Shown piece by piece: positions 20,289 to 29,686 of a stretch of DNA of 64,000 bases. Under the pieces are notes generated by a model, which made no database searches, was not told where the DNA came from, and was given only the letters and a program-made list of their open reading frames with translations. A program made the translations under genes and the position numbers. Origin of the DNA: an uncultured virus (IMG/VR IMGVR_UViG_3300030372_004155) (taxonomy: Duplodnaviria; Heunggongvirae; Uroviricota; Caudoviricetes). Each line of letters begins with the position of its first letter. The stretch's first letter is position 1. The stretch is from IMG/VR virus record IMGVR_UViG_3300030372_004155, one strand, 5' to 3'.

Positions 20289-20550
20289 TTTTAGGGGGAA
20301 TCACAATGTCATCAGGGGTAATTACAGCATATTTGTAATTATGCATTTTACAAGTTTTTATTGCAAGATCATCATCAACTTCAACTACATCCATTTCTTT
20401 ATCTCCTCCATCCTTTTCCAACTCTAACATCATAGCATATCTTTCGGCATCATCTTCTTGCTCAAATAAAAATAAAACTTTATCTCCATAACCATCATCA
20501 ACAGCATATGCCCCTTCATCCTTTTTATCTCTAAGTGTAAGAAGAAACAT
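20266..20550 (-). CDS. Conserved hypothetical protein, possibly DUF3110-like
   Basis: EGAYAV...VLFLFEQEDDAERYAMML; lies between gp47 and gp46. Confidence 0.7.
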   Translation of the reverse strand: MFLLTLRDKKDEGAYAVDDGYGDKVLFLFEQEDDAERYAMMLELEKDGGDKEMDVVEVDDDLAIKTCKMHNYKYAVITPDDIVIPPKNDNLQEN

Positions 20551-21584
20551 TATTCTACCTCGCAAGCTTCCCTGTAAAGATCCTTAAAAATACCTTTAAC
20601 AATATTTTTATCCAATTCAATTTCAGACTCTTCAATATAACGACTTAGAATAGAAAGAGTATTCTCTTCTTCTTCTATCTCAAAATCTTCACTTTCATGT
20701 ATATCAAAATTTTCAATAATTTTTAAATCTTGTACACCTATGGAATAGAGTTTATCAATGAATTTCTCAAAATCTTTAGATTTAGATTTTTTACGAACAA
20801 TAACTTTTACAATTTTATTTTCATATTCAGTTACATTAAATAATTTATAATTGGTATCTTCATAATATATGTTATAAAATAATTTATATGGATTATTAAT
20901 TGGAGTATGTTCTAATGTTTTTGTATCAAAAAGATGAAACCCTCTTGGATCATTCACATCATTCCAAAACATCTCATATGGATTACCCAAATAAAATATC
21001 TGACCATCATCAGAACGAGTATGGAAATGACCTGAATAAACTTTTTCAAATTTACTAAAGATTTTTACATCCATACCACTTTCCATCATATGGCCACGAG
21101 TTGCCTTGAACCCATTTACTTCAAGATGACCCATGGCAACCTTTGCCTTAGTCTTTTTAATTAAGTTCTCAGTTTCCTCAAAATTCTCAGAATTAATCCA
21201 AGGTAAAAGAAGAATCTTTAATTTATCTAAAGAAATTTCAGATGCTTTTGAGTAAGTCTTAATATTTGGATAATCTTTTAATAAAAGTTCTGGAGAATTG
21301 ACATGGTTAGTATTTTTATAATAACAATCATGATTTCCTATAAGAGCATGAACTTTATATTTCTTCAGAGGCTCAAATACCACTTTCTTTGACCACTCAA
21401 GACTTTGAAGATCTATTGCCTTACGACTATCAAATATATCACCCATATGGATAATAGTGTCTATCTTATGCTCCTCTAAAGATGGAAAAAAAATATCACG
21501 ATAAAACATCTCAAAGTAATCATGAAGATGCTTAGAACCCTTCCTAGCCCCATAATGAGTATCAGTTATGATGGCAACCTTCAT
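20550..21584 (-). CDS. gp47: gp47 recombination endonuclease subunit (Mre11/SbcD-like)
   Basis: Metallophosphoesterase motifs ITDTHYG, MGDIFD, GNHD and SGHFH. Confidence 0.97.
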   Translation of the reverse strand: MKVAIITDTHYGARKGSKHLHDYFEMFYRDIFFPSLEEHKIDTIIHMGDIFDSRKAIDLQSLEWSKKVVFEPLKKYKVHALIGNHDCYYKNTNHVNSPELLLKDYPNIKTYSKASEISLDKLKILLLPWINSENFEETENLIKKTKAKVAMGHLEVNGFKATRGHMMESGMDVKIFSKFEKVYSGHFHTRSDDGQIFYLGNPYEMFWNDVNDPRGFHLFDTKTLEHTPINNPYKLFYNIYYEDTNYKLFNVTEYENKIVKVIVRKKSKSKDFEKFIDKLYSIGVQDLKIIENFDIHESEDFEIEEEENTLSILSRYIEESEIELDKNIVKGIFKDLYREACEVE

Positions 21585-22105
21585 CGGTTATTATTGCGAT
21601 ACTGTATATTATCTTTAATTGTATTATATTCAGAACTAGCACCAGTAAGGGCTCCTTCATCAACATTCATGACTTCATCAAATCCACTCTTCTCAATAAT
21701 CTTTGTTTTAATATCTAATTGTTTTTTCTCCTTCTGAATCCTTCTGAGAAACGCATAATGTATAATCTGTGTAAAGTAAGCAAAAGGATTTTTGGATTTC
21801 TCAGGATCAAAATTATGTATGTATTGAACGCAATTTTCGATTCCATCTGATATCATGTCCTCCCTAAACATATAGTTTACAAAATTTGGTTTGTATGATA
21901 AGTGTGTTGCAATCTTTAGAAAACAAGAACCAAGATAGTTTGGAATAGGTGGTTTACCTTCCCATGGTCCTGACTTTGGTGGTTCTTTATCAGGATACTT
22001 TTTGATAAATGCTTCTCTAGCTATAGCAACTTTTCCTCTATAAACAATCATTGCTTCCAGCAACTCTTTGTTATTTACATAATGTTCCGTCTTTTTTCTA
22101 GGCAT
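21581..22105 (-). CDS. gp55: Late-transcription sigma factor gp55
   Basis: HYVNNKE, KIATHLSYKPNFVNY, DMISDGIENC and NPFAYFTQI. Confidence 0.96.
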   Translation of the reverse strand: MPRKKTEHYVNNKELLEAMIVYRGKVAIAREAFIKKYPDKEPPKSGPWEGKPPIPNYLGSCFLKIATHLSYKPNFVNYMFREDMISDGIENCVQYIHNFDPEKSKNPFAYFTQIIHYAFLRRIQKEKKQLDIKTKIIEKSGFDEVMNVDEGALTGASSEYNTIKDNIQYRNNNR

Positions 22106-22138
22106 AGCATCGGAGTTCCCGTTTTGTTAATTGTTTTT

Positions 22139-22167
22139 ATTATATCACAAAACTTAAGCCTTGACAA
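22139..22167 (-). promoter_or_regulatory. Sigma70 promoter for gp55: TTGTCA-N17-TATAAT (extended TG)
   Basis: Read directly on the minus strand. Confidence 0.75.
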
Positions 22168-22189
22168 GGTACTCAAATTTCAGTAGAAT
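22161..22189 (+). promoter_or_regulatory. Divergent (antisense) sigma70 promoter TTGACA-N17-TAGAAT
   Basis: Plus strand reads TTGACA aggtactcaaatttcag TAGAAT. Confidence 0.6.
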
Positions 22190-22215
22190 AACCTTTGTGA
22201 GGGTTGAAGAGAAGA

Positions 22216-22641
22216 TTAGCCTTCTTTAGGTTCTATTTTTAATTTAAAAACATCTTCCAATTTTTTTCTAGATTTATCTACAGAAGATATATATCCCATT
22301 GATGCATTAGGTTTTATTTTTCCTGCAGATTGAGGAATATGCATAGAGTTTTCTTCTGTAGAATCTCTAATAAATCTATTGTATACATCAATTATTTTAC
22401 TATCAGTAGTTTCGGTCATTGTAATAATTTTATCAAGATTAATCATAAAACAATCTTCAGTAGTTAATTCTAACCATGGTTTTACTTTAATATAATAACC
22501 ATGAGTATTTTGATTCATTTTCATAATAAGAGGATTTTGTAATATCAATAAAACCTCACCTTCATTTTCATCTGCCATGACAAGAGCCATTATCTCTTCA
22601 CCAGATACCAATTTAATTATTGCGTAAAATTCTTCTCCCAT
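22216..22641 (-). CDS. Conserved hypothetical protein, possible Sm-like fold
   Basis: IIKLVSGEEI, LQNPL, VKPWL and DKIITMTE; lies between uvsW and gp55. Confidence 0.8.
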   Translation of the reverse strand: MGEEFYAIIKLVSGEEIMALVMADENEGEVLLILQNPLIMKMNQNTHGYYIKVKPWLELTTEDCFMINLDKIITMTETTDSKIIDVYNRFIRDSTEENSMHIPQSAGKIKPNASMGYISSVDKSRKKLEDVFKLKIEPKEG

Positions 22642-24107
22642 TAGTTCCTAAGTGGTATGTTTACTATATCATAATTGAACTTCTCTTCATTATACACTTT
22701 AATTCTTTCAATTAAATGATTTAATGTATAATTTCTATGAGATTTATAACTGATATCATCAGCAATATCATATAAAGTTGCTCTTGTTTTTTGATCTCCT
22801 TTTCGGAGTACCCTCCCTATGGATTGTAAATTTCTAATTCTAGACTTAGACGGAGAAGCAAAAATGACGTTGTGAAGGTTTTTAATATTAATACCTGTGG
22901 AGAATGTTCCATAAGACGCTACAATAATTGCATTGTTTTCTGTTTCAGTTATTTCTCTCACTTTTTCTCTGTCTTCAGTATCAACTCCACCGTGAATAAA
23001 AAAGACACGACGGTTTTCAATAACGTTATTATTATTTATTAATTCATATAATGGTTCTCCATGACCTTCTACTCTGGCAAATAAAATAAGAGTGTTACCT
23101 TTTAGATCAAGAGCTAAATTTCTAATAAACTTATTTCTACGATTATGGTTAATAATGTATTGTATTTCTTCCTCAAATGTATTAAACTTTGTTGGTGGGT
23201 GTTTCAATAGAAGCACGTTAATGTCCAATGTGGCCAAATGACCTTTTTTCATAAGTTCATCTGTCTTAATAATTTTATAGGATGGGCCAAAAAGACCTTC
23301 TAAAACCCACTTATGTGTTTCGGATCCATCCAATGTTCCAGTAAAACCAAATCTATACTTTGCATCTCCCAATTTAGTCATGATAGATACTAAGGATTTA
23401 GACTTAAATTGATGAGCCTCATCTCCTACTACAACATTAAATCTTTGAAAATATTTTCTAGGAAGTTTATAGATAGATTGCCAAGTAGTAATAATGACTT
23501 GAGAGTCTGTCTCTCTTTCTTTACCTGCGTATATCTTGTGGCAAAATGAACCAACGTCCCATCCATAATCCGAAAAGTCCTTATACATCTGCTCTACCAG
23601 AGATGTCGTTGGAACAACTATCAATGTATTTTTCTGTTGCTCTACGAAGTACCTCACTATTGAGTAAATCATCAAAGATTTACCAGAGGCAGTGGGGCTT
23701 AGCAATAGTCTTCTATTGTGTCTTAGAGCATCGTATACTCCCTCAATTTGATAATCTCTAGGTTTATACTTAGAGATTGCTGTCATATAATCTTTAACAC
23801 CTTCTTTTGAAATCATTTCATTGACTTCAAAAGGAAGACCATAATACTTACTCTCTATAAATTCGTAAGTATATCCATGATCTTTACAAAACTGAACTAT
23901 CCTATCTAATAAACCAATATATATCTCACCCTTCTGTGTATTAAATAATCTTATTTTTCCATCCCAATATTTATTTTTATAAGCTGGAGAAAATTTGGCA
24001 CCAGGTACTTCAAAAGTAAACTGATCCGCTAACTCATAATATACATGCACCTCCGCATCTACATGAAGATATACTTCATTGCGTTTTGATATAACCAAAT
24101 GTGACAT
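22641..24107 (-). CDS. uvsW: UvsW SF2 helicase
   Basis: SPTASGKS, GDEAH, GFTGT and QSIGRVLR. Confidence 0.96.
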   Translation of the reverse strand: MSHLVISKRNEVYLHVDAEVHVYYELADQFTFEVPGAKFSPAYKNKYWDGKIRLFNTQKGEIYIGLLDRIVQFCKDHGYTYEFIESKYYGLPFEVNEMISKEGVKDYMTAISKYKPRDYQIEGVYDALRHNRRLLLSPTASGKSLMIYSIVRYFVEQQKNTLIVVPTTSLVEQMYKDFSDYGWDVGSFCHKIYAGKERETDSQVIITTWQSIYKLPRKYFQRFNVVVGDEAHQFKSKSLVSIMTKLGDAKYRFGFTGTLDGSETHKWVLEGLFGPSYKIIKTDELMKKGHLATLDINVLLLKHPPTKFNTFEEEIQYIINHNRRNKFIRNLALDLKGNTLILFARVEGHGEPLYELINNNNVIENRRVFFIHGGVDTEDREKVREITETENNAIIVASYGTFSTGINIKNLHNVIFASPSKSRIRNLQSIGRVLRKGDQKTRATLYDIADDISYKSHRNYTLNHLIERIKVYNEEKFNYDIVNIPLRN

Positions 24108-24128
24108 AACATAATGTTCATTTGGAAA

Positions 24129-24148
24129 TATTTAGCACCCTTTGTCAA
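24129..24148 (-). promoter_or_regulatory. Late-promoter core CTAAATA (with an upstream TTGACA) before uvsW
   Basis: Minus strand reads TTGACAaagggtgCTAAATA in the uvsY-uvsW gap. Confidence 0.5.
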
Positions 24149-24154
24149 GTTATA

Positions 24155-24583
24155 TTACATACCTGCTTGAAACTTATTCCATTCTATTGCATTTTTTATT
24201 TGGAAGGTTCTATTAGATACATTCTTAATAATCTCCTCAAGAAATTTTAAAGTGGTATCATAGTATCTTATTTTAAGATCTATCTTAGTTAATCTCTCAT
24301 CAGCATCTAAATGCCTCTGTATTGCGTCTTTCTCTCTAACCTTATACGGAAATGGTTCTTCAGCATAAACTTCTGGTTCTGCCTTTCCAGTATAAAAATT
24401 ATATCTTTCTAGTCTTATCTTACTATATTGCTCTCTAGCTTTCTCTCGCATTAAAGTAATAGTATTATAAAGAGTATAATACTTTGAGTGTAATTGTGGA
24501 ATTTTTAATGATTCATCATGTAGATTATCAGGATCAATAACAGAGTCTTTCTGCCACATTTCCTGAATTTGATCAAGATTCAT
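24155..24583 (-). CDS. uvsY: UvsY recombination mediator
   Basis: W.KDS.ID, ESLKIPQLHSKY, YTGKA and R.FQIKNAIEW.KFQAG. Confidence 0.93.
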   Translation of the reverse strand: MNLDQIQEMWQKDSVIDPDNLHDESLKIPQLHSKYYTLYNTITLMREKAREQYSKIRLERYNFYTGKAEPEVYAEEPFPYKVREKDAIQRHLDADERLTKIDLKIRYYDTTLKFLEEIIKNVSNRTFQIKNAIEWNKFQAGM

Positions 24584-25149
24584 AAAGGAGTTCTATTATC
24601 TGGTTGTAAAATATTGTATATAGTATACTTGAAAGTGGCCTCTGCTGTAAAGTAGTTAATATCTGTATCCGTGGCATCAAAGTCTAAAGAAGTTAATGAT
24701 GTTGGAAATAAATCCTTAAATTTTATAATTGCTGTAGTTCTATAATTACTATTTAAAATATAAAGAGATGCATCACTAAATGCTAAATCCATATCTCTTT
24801 GACCAAATCTATTAGAATTTTGATTTCCTTCGGTTGTTAAGTCTTTAAATTGTTGCGTAGTTTCAGGAAATCCTAGACCTGTTAACCACGTATGAATGGC
24901 CATATAATTTTCCATTTCTTCATCAACAAGAAATCTTAATGATAAATCACCATATTGTAATTTATCACCAGGTATATCAATATCCTTTAAGTAACTGGGT
25001 TGTATAGCAGTTCCTAAAGTAATTTCAGGTATTCTAGAAGAATTGCAGTAAAATTCAACCTTTGGAGTTTTGGCAATACTAAACTTAAATCCTATCGGAG
25101 ATAAGAAATTTCTATTAGATAATTGATTTTCTAATGGATTACGTGCCAT
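24580..25149 (-). CDS. gp3: gp3 tail completion / sheath stabiliser
   Basis: NFLSPIGFKF, PGDKL.YGDL.LRFLVDE and F.DLFP.SL..L.F. Confidence 0.9.
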   Translation of the reverse strand: MARNPLENQLSNRNFLSPIGFKFSIAKTPKVEFYCNSSRIPEITLGTAIQPSYLKDIDIPGDKLQYGDLSLRFLVDEEMENYMAIHTWLTGLGFPETTQQFKDLTTEGNQNSNRFGQRDMDLAFSDASLYILNSNYRTTAIIKFKDLFPTSLTSLDFDATDTDINYFTAEATFKYTIYNILQPDNRTPL

Positions 25150-25151
25150 TT

Positions 25152-25418
25152 CTAACCTCCGTTGCCTCCTCCACCATTTCCACCGTTGCCGTTACCACCA
25201 TTTCCATTCCCATTGCCACCATTACTATGCCCATTACCATTAGAGCCATTCTTTTTACCATTACCATCCTCACCATCATCATGTTCAAGATACCCTCTAC
25301 CACCTACATGGTATCCACGGGGAATTTTTTTACATTTTTTATCGGTATTACACCAATATTGACCTGAAGGACATCTTTTTTCAGCTGCCTCTTCAATAAA
25401 TCTATCAAAATCTTTCAT
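25152..25418 (-). CDS. Small protein with a CPxGxYWCx5C motif and a Gly/Asn-rich tail
   Basis: ORF track; (NG/NGG)n tail. Confidence 0.75.
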   Translation of the reverse strand: MKDFDRFIEEAAEKRCPSGQYWCNTDKKCKKIPRGYHVGGRGYLEHDDGEDGNGKKNGSNGNGHSNGGNGNGNGGNGNGGNGGGGNGG

Positions 25419-25573
25419 TAGTCAATAATAAGATTGAACCATTCTTCACTCATACCCATGATAATTTTATCTGCAGACTTTTGATCCTCTGCATAACCTT
25501 CACTTATGAGATGTTCTACTATTATAGCATGACGGTCAATAGCCTCTCTATGCTCCTTTGGGGTTGGTTTCAT
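25418..25573 (-). CDS. Small hypothetical protein (51 aa, MKPTPKEHREAIDRHAIIVEHLISEGYAEDQKSADKIIMGMSEEWFNLIID)
   Basis: Translated by hand; late core ATAAATA at 25594-25600; TAATG coupling to the next gene. Confidence 0.7.
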   Translation of the reverse strand: MKPTPKEHREAIDRHAIIVEHLISEGYAEDQKSADKIIMGMSEEWFNLIID

Positions 25574-25596
25574 GGTAATACTACTTTTATTGTTAT

Positions 25597-25821
25597 TTAT
25601 TCACTTACAACTGTGGCATTCTTCCACCATTGTGGTTGATAAGTAATTCCTTGATCTGTGGTTATGGTTGTATTTTTTTGTGCGTTTGCTGCTGATTCAG
25701 TAGAATAAATTTTTCTTTTATCATACTCATTACTCCAAGCATTCTCACCAGTATAATATTCCACTCCACCATCAGGAACAGCAGATCCTAAAATACTTGT
25801 TTTTTTGATATGATAAGGCAT
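25597..25821 (-). CDS. Hypothetical late protein
   Basis: Follows the gp23 terminator and CTAAATA at 25846-25852; SD-like GGAG. Confidence 0.75.
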   Translation of the reverse strand: MPYHIKKTSILGSAVPDGGVEYYTGENAWSNEYDKRKIYSTESAANAQKNTTITTDQGITYQPQWWKNATVVSE

Positions 25822-25855
25822 AATAGAACACAGGTCTCCTGTCAGTATTTAGGAC

Positions 25856-25885
25856 AAAAAAAAGACCCTTCCGAAGAAGAGTCTT
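25856..25885 (-). terminator. Intrinsic terminator after gp23 with a C(UUCG)G tetraloop
   Basis: AAGACTCTTC-TTCG-GAAGGGTCTT continuing into a long T run. Confidence 0.9.
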
Positions 25886-25908
25886 GAAGTAAATATGTAA
25901 TATCTGAA

Positions 25909-27315
25909 TTACATGAGGTTTGCAACTTTAACACGTCTGTAGTAAACGTTTGAGTTACGGATGATAGCACCAGGATTAGTGGTTGTAGCACCTTGTGAGA
26001 AAGGATTAGCAACGATTCCGTAACGAGTCTTAAACCCGATTTTTGGTTGGAAGGTGTTCTCACCAACTGCACGAACCATCTGTAGTGGAACGTATGGACA
26101 ATAGAAGAGTCCAGCGTCATAAGGTGAAGAACCTTTATAACCACAAACATAGTACTGACCACCAAGTGTTGCAGGTGCACCAAATTGTCCTTGGTTCTGA
26201 CCACCAGCATAAGGGTCAATGTATACTTTGTACTTACCTTGTAATGTACCAGCAAATGTATTACCAGTGTCATCAACGTTAAGGTTAGCGTTAAGAGCAG
26301 GAGTGTAGTCAAGTACACCAGCCATTGTTAGAGCAGAAGCAACGTCTGCGGAGCAAAGGATCATATTGCCCTTTCCTCTACGAGTTTGCTGTGCAATAGC
26401 GTTAGCGTCTCTTTCCATCTGGAAAATAAGACCCTTGAACTTCTCAACTGACCATCTACCATTAGAGTCGGTGTCAAGGTCAAATGTACCAGCAGTAGCA
26501 ACGTTTGACTGAGCACCCGGCTTAGCAACGTTATAGATGGTACGAATAACTTCTCTGTTAATCTCAGCGAGAATCTCAGTAGAAAGAATGTTGGCAAGTT
26601 CTGCCTCTGCATTCAATCCGTGGATTGCTTTCAAGTCTTGAGCAAGTTCTAGACTGTACTCTGCCTTTAAAGCACGAGACTTAGCAGTAACGGTAACTTT
26701 CTCAATTGAGAATGCCATCTCGTTGAACTGAGGTGAACCATCACTACCTAGAGCTTCTGCCCAAGCAGTTGTGTTACCTTCACCAACGTTGTAGATTTGA
26801 CCGTCTGTACCAGCAGAATCTAGAAGTCCAGGATCGCCACCTCTCTGAGCAGTTGTACCTAAACCAACACTTACGCTACCAGAACCAGCAACATAATCAT
26901 CTGCTCCAGATGGGTTAGCAAAGTCTGTACCAATACCAGAGAATGCAGAATCTGCTTCCTTGTAGAATGCTTCGTCGCCAGTCTGTGACTTGTAGCGAGA
27001 ACGCATTGCGAAGATTAGTCCAGTAGGACCATTCATTGGTTGAACGCCAGCCAAGTCATATGCGACTAGGTTAGGCATTGCACGACGAATCAGGCTAATA
27101 AGCACTGGATCGAAGTTTGCTATGTTAGCACCTGTGGAGTTAGTAGGTGCTGCCTCTCCAAGGAACTCTTGCTCCTCTTTAAGAATTTTTTCTTGGTTCT
27201 CCAAGAGAACTGCGGTTACCATTCTACGATGAGAATCTTTTATCTCCCCCATACCATCATGGTCTAGGAGTGGTGCCCACTTCTCCTGCAGATGTTCAGC
27301 ATTGAACGCTTGCAT
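25909..27315 (-). CDS. gp23: Major capsid protein gp23
   Basis: EKW.PLL, LIRRAMPNL.AYD..GVQPM.GPTG, SRALKAEYSLELAQDLKAIHG and FQPKIGFKTRYG. Confidence 0.99.
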   Translation of the reverse strand: MQAFNAEHLQEKWAPLLDHDGMGEIKDSHRRMVTAVLLENQEKILKEEQEFLGEAAPTNSTGANIANFDPVLISLIRRAMPNLVAYDLAGVQPMNGPTGLIFAMRSRYKSQTGDEAFYKEADSAFSGIGTDFANPSGADDYVAGSGSVSVGLGTTAQRGGDPGLLDSAGTDGQIYNVGEGNTTAWAEALGSDGSPQFNEMAFSIEKVTVTAKSRALKAEYSLELAQDLKAIHGLNAEAELANILSTEILAEINREVIRTIYNVAKPGAQSNVATAGTFDLDTDSNGRWSVEKFKGLIFQMERDANAIAQQTRRGKGNMILCSADVASALTMAGVLDYTPALNANLNVDDTGNTFAGTLQGKYKVYIDPYAGGQNQGQFGAPATLGGQYYVCGYKGSSPYDAGLFYCPYVPLQMVRAVGENTFQPKIGFKTRYGIVANPFSQGATTTNPGAIIRNSNVYYRRVKVANLM

Positions 27316-27367
27316 TTGATTTTACCTTTTTAAATTTTTTAAGTTAGTTTGTTCTATAATATAGAAA

Positions 27368-28486
27368 TCATTTTTTAGAGACTCTATTCATTGTCTGAAG
27401 ATAGCTTTCCATCAAGTTTGAATTAACTTGAGGTGCCTCAGCTGTTCCTTCTGAAATTGTTTCTGAGTGGTCTCTTTGGCCAGGATTGCTTGGAAAGTAT
27501 GACTCTCTCAAGGTTACTAGCTTTTCACGATAGGCTTCTTCACTAACAAACTCAACATTATTGGCAAGAGAAGCGAGTTTTTCCTTTTGGGAAAGTGCTA
27601 GACCTTCGGATACATCTGATTGAATTACATCAGCAACCGATTCGGATAATCTCTTATTTAGAGCAACATTTTTGTCTATTTGCTCGTTGAGTTTTGACTC
27701 CATTTCATCAAGTTTTTCTACCATACTATTAAGTACATCATATTTTTCTTCAGGGATTGTTACATAATGATCTTCAAATAGTGACTTCATACCTCCTAAG
27801 AAGGATTCGGTCATTTCTGTTTTAAGTCCATGTTCGACAGCGAGGGCATTTTCCTCTAACCACTCGTCAGCGACGTACTCTAGATAAGCATCAGTTCTAT
27901 CTTCGAGTTCTTCTTTAATGGACGTAATTTCTTCTGTTAAAGTAGTTTCGTACTCTTTAGCAAGTTCTTCTTTTAATTCAGCAACTCTTGTTTTAATTGC
28001 TGTCTCAAAAATTGTCCGTGCTCTTTCTTGGAATTCCTCAGAAAGTTCTTCACCCGCAATAAGAGCATTAATGTCTTCATCAACATTAATTTCTATTGAA
28101 TCTTCAGCAACAACTTCTTCTTCAGTTGTTTCTTCTTCGGCAACAACCTCTTCTTCTGTAGTTTCCTCTTCAGATACCACCTGATCTTCAGGTTTTTCCT
28201 CTTCCTCCTTTTTCATGGTAGGCATTGCTTGGTCACCAGGTGTTGCATTTTTATTAACAACATCTCTGACTTGCTTGAGAGTTTTACCAGGAGTCTTTAA
28301 CTTGGCTGAATCGTTATCAACCTTATAGTTCTCTGGAGTTGGGCCGCCTAAATCCTCAATAGCACCTTGGCCAGGAGTAGCACTACCAGGAGTGTTCTCT
28401 TGAGGGCCCTTGTGCATTGGTTCAGCAGGTGCAGCGTTTTTGTTTACTACGTTTTCCATTTCTTGTAAATTGTTACCAACGGACAT
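27368..28486 (-). CDS. gp22: Prohead core / scaffold protein gp22
   Basis: Acidic coiled coil with LSEEF...A.TIFE.A and YLEYVA.EW..EN; lies between gp21 and gp23. Confidence 0.92.
   Translation of the reverse strand: MSVGNNLQEMENVVNKNAAPAEPMHKGPQENTPGSATPGQGAIEDLGGPTPENYKVDNDSAKLKTPGKTLKQVRDVVNKNATPGDQAMPTMKKEEEEKPEDQVVSEEETTEEEVVAEEETTEEEVVAEDSIEINVDEDINALIAGEELSEEFQERARTIFETAIKTRVAELKEELAKEYETTLTEEITSIKEELEDRTDAYLEYVADEWLEENALAVEHGLKTEMTESFLGGMKSLFEDHYVTIPEEKYDVLNSMVEKLDEMESKLNEQIDKNVALNKRLSESVADVIQSDVSEGLALSQKEKLASLANNVEFVSEEAYREKLVTLRESYFPSNPGQRDHSETISEGTAEAPQVNSNLMESYLQTMNRVSKK
28103..28180 (-). repeat. Degenerate 33-nt (11-aa) tandem repeat in gp22: VVSEEETTEEE VVAEEETTEEE VVAE
   Basis: Visible in both the translation and the DNA. 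Confidence 0.75.
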
Positions 28487-28517
28487 TTGTTTAGATATTT
28501 TTATATTAATCTGTATT

Positions 28518-28525
28518 TATTTATA
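28518..28525 (-). promoter_or_regulatory. T4-type late promoter TATAAATA (gp22)
   Basis: Exact consensus in the intergenic gap. Confidence 0.85.
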
Positions 28526-28529
28526 GAAC

Positions 28530-29180
28530 TTAAAGATTTGATAAAAAATCGTTAAATAAATTTATCTTATGTTCTTCAAGTGCTTTTTGACTAACTAGGG
28601 TATTAATTCTTTTTTTAGTCTCATCTACAAATTGTTCACGAAGAATTCCTCCTTCCCAAACCCACTCCTTTCCTTCCATGATTCCATTCACGAAAGCATC
28701 AGGAGCTGAAGGATCAGCAACGATATCAGCAGCAGTTGCTAACTGAAAATCTTCACCAACAACCTTAAGACCATCACGATCTTCTTTTAATGTTCCAATA
28801 CCCCGTGAAGAAACGCCGAGAGTTACACCTTCTGCAATAAGAGATTTTGCAATCTTACCCATAGGGGTTTCTAGGAGTTGTGCCTTACCAATAAAATTAT
28901 TACCTTCTTGACGAAGTTCTGTAATTTTATGTGATACACGATCAAGGTTCACTGTAGGGCCATCTGGATGACCAAGTTCACCAAGTGCACGACCTTTTTT
29001 AATAAATGACTCACTATATCTTCCCACTTCTTTTGCAAGAGTTGCTACAGGATACATTCTCCCATTACGATTTTTGAGATCTCCTTGCAGGAAAACTCCT
29101 TCAATATACATTTTCTTTTTAGCACCTTTTCCTTCGGTGATAAACTTAACGCTTGAAATTTCTTCGGTAATGAGTTTCAT
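28530..29180 (-). CDS. gp21: Prohead protease gp21
   Basis: NRNGRMYP, ALGELGHP, GVSSRG and DIVADPSAPDA. Confidence 0.96.
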   Translation of the reverse strand: MKLITEEISSVKFITEGKGAKKKMYIEGVFLQGDLKNRNGRMYPVATLAKEVGRYSESFIKKGRALGELGHPDGPTVNLDRVSHKITELRQEGNNFIGKAQLLETPMGKIAKSLIAEGVTLGVSSRGIGTLKEDRDGLKVVGEDFQLATAADIVADPSAPDAFVNGIMEGKEWVWEGGILREQFVDETKKRINTLVSQKALEEHKINLFNDFLSNL

Positions 29181-29184
29181 TTTC

Positions 29185-29472
29185 TTAATTAGTAAATCCT
29201 ACGTTATTTGCTTCTACTGCAGTATTCGAACTAATACCAGTTTGTGCCCAAACAACGTCAGTAGCTTTTTTCTGAAAAAATACTGTTGTATTTCCTTGCA
29301 TGGCAAAATATTGTGTTGAACCTGCACCTACAGCTGTTGATATACCAATAGTAGCAATTCCTGTAGATTTATTTGATATTCGTACACATCTAGAACCATT
29401 TATAGTGGTTGCCGCACCCGCAGTAGGTGATACAGCAGTAGCTGAGTCAAGTATTTTTATAAGTTGAGACAT
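29185..29472 (-). CDS. Hypothetical beta-rich protein in the head cluster
   Basis: 95-aa Thr/Ala/Gly-rich ORF between portal and protease. Confidence 0.7.
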   Translation of the reverse strand: MSQLIKILDSATAVSPTAGAATTINGSRCVRISNKSTGIATIGISTAVGAGSTQYFAMQGNTTVFFQKKATDVVWAQTGISSNTAVEANNVGFTN

Positions 29473-29654
29473 TATTCTTGATCCTCGGTGTTTTCTACAG
29501 TTTCAGGTGTACTAGTATCAAACATAGAAAGTGCTACTTCTGGTTTACGAGCATCAATCTTTCCTGCTGCTTTCGTAAACAGAACATCTTTCATTCTATC
29601 ACTAATATCTGCTGCTGAAGAGTCAGTAGCAATCAAATTGACAATTTCTTCCAT
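29472..29654 (-). CDS. Small acidic protein, possible prohead core component
   Basis: Sits after the portal gene with its own late promoter; function inferred from synteny only. Confidence 0.7.
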   Translation of the reverse strand: MEEIVNLIATDSSAADISDRMKDVLFTKAAGKIDARKPEVALSMFDTSTPETVENTEDQE

Positions 29655-29678
29655 GAAAATTAATATAATCCTATTCTT

Positions 29679-29686
29679 TATTTATA
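29679..29686 (-). promoter_or_regulatory. Late promoter TATAAATA overlapping the gp20 stop
   Basis: Exact consensus. Confidence 0.8.

Noticed and set aside
25152..25285. Short repeats resembling a CRISPR array or microsatellite
   Set aside because: They are degenerate Gly/Asn codon repeats within a CDS, with no constant repeat-spacer structure.
25842..26318. 158-aa alternative-frame ORF overlapping the gp23 3' end (possible frameshift extension)
   Set aside because: The Leu-rich translation is typical of a shifted frame in a codon-biased gene. I found no slippery site, and the ORF runs through the terminator.
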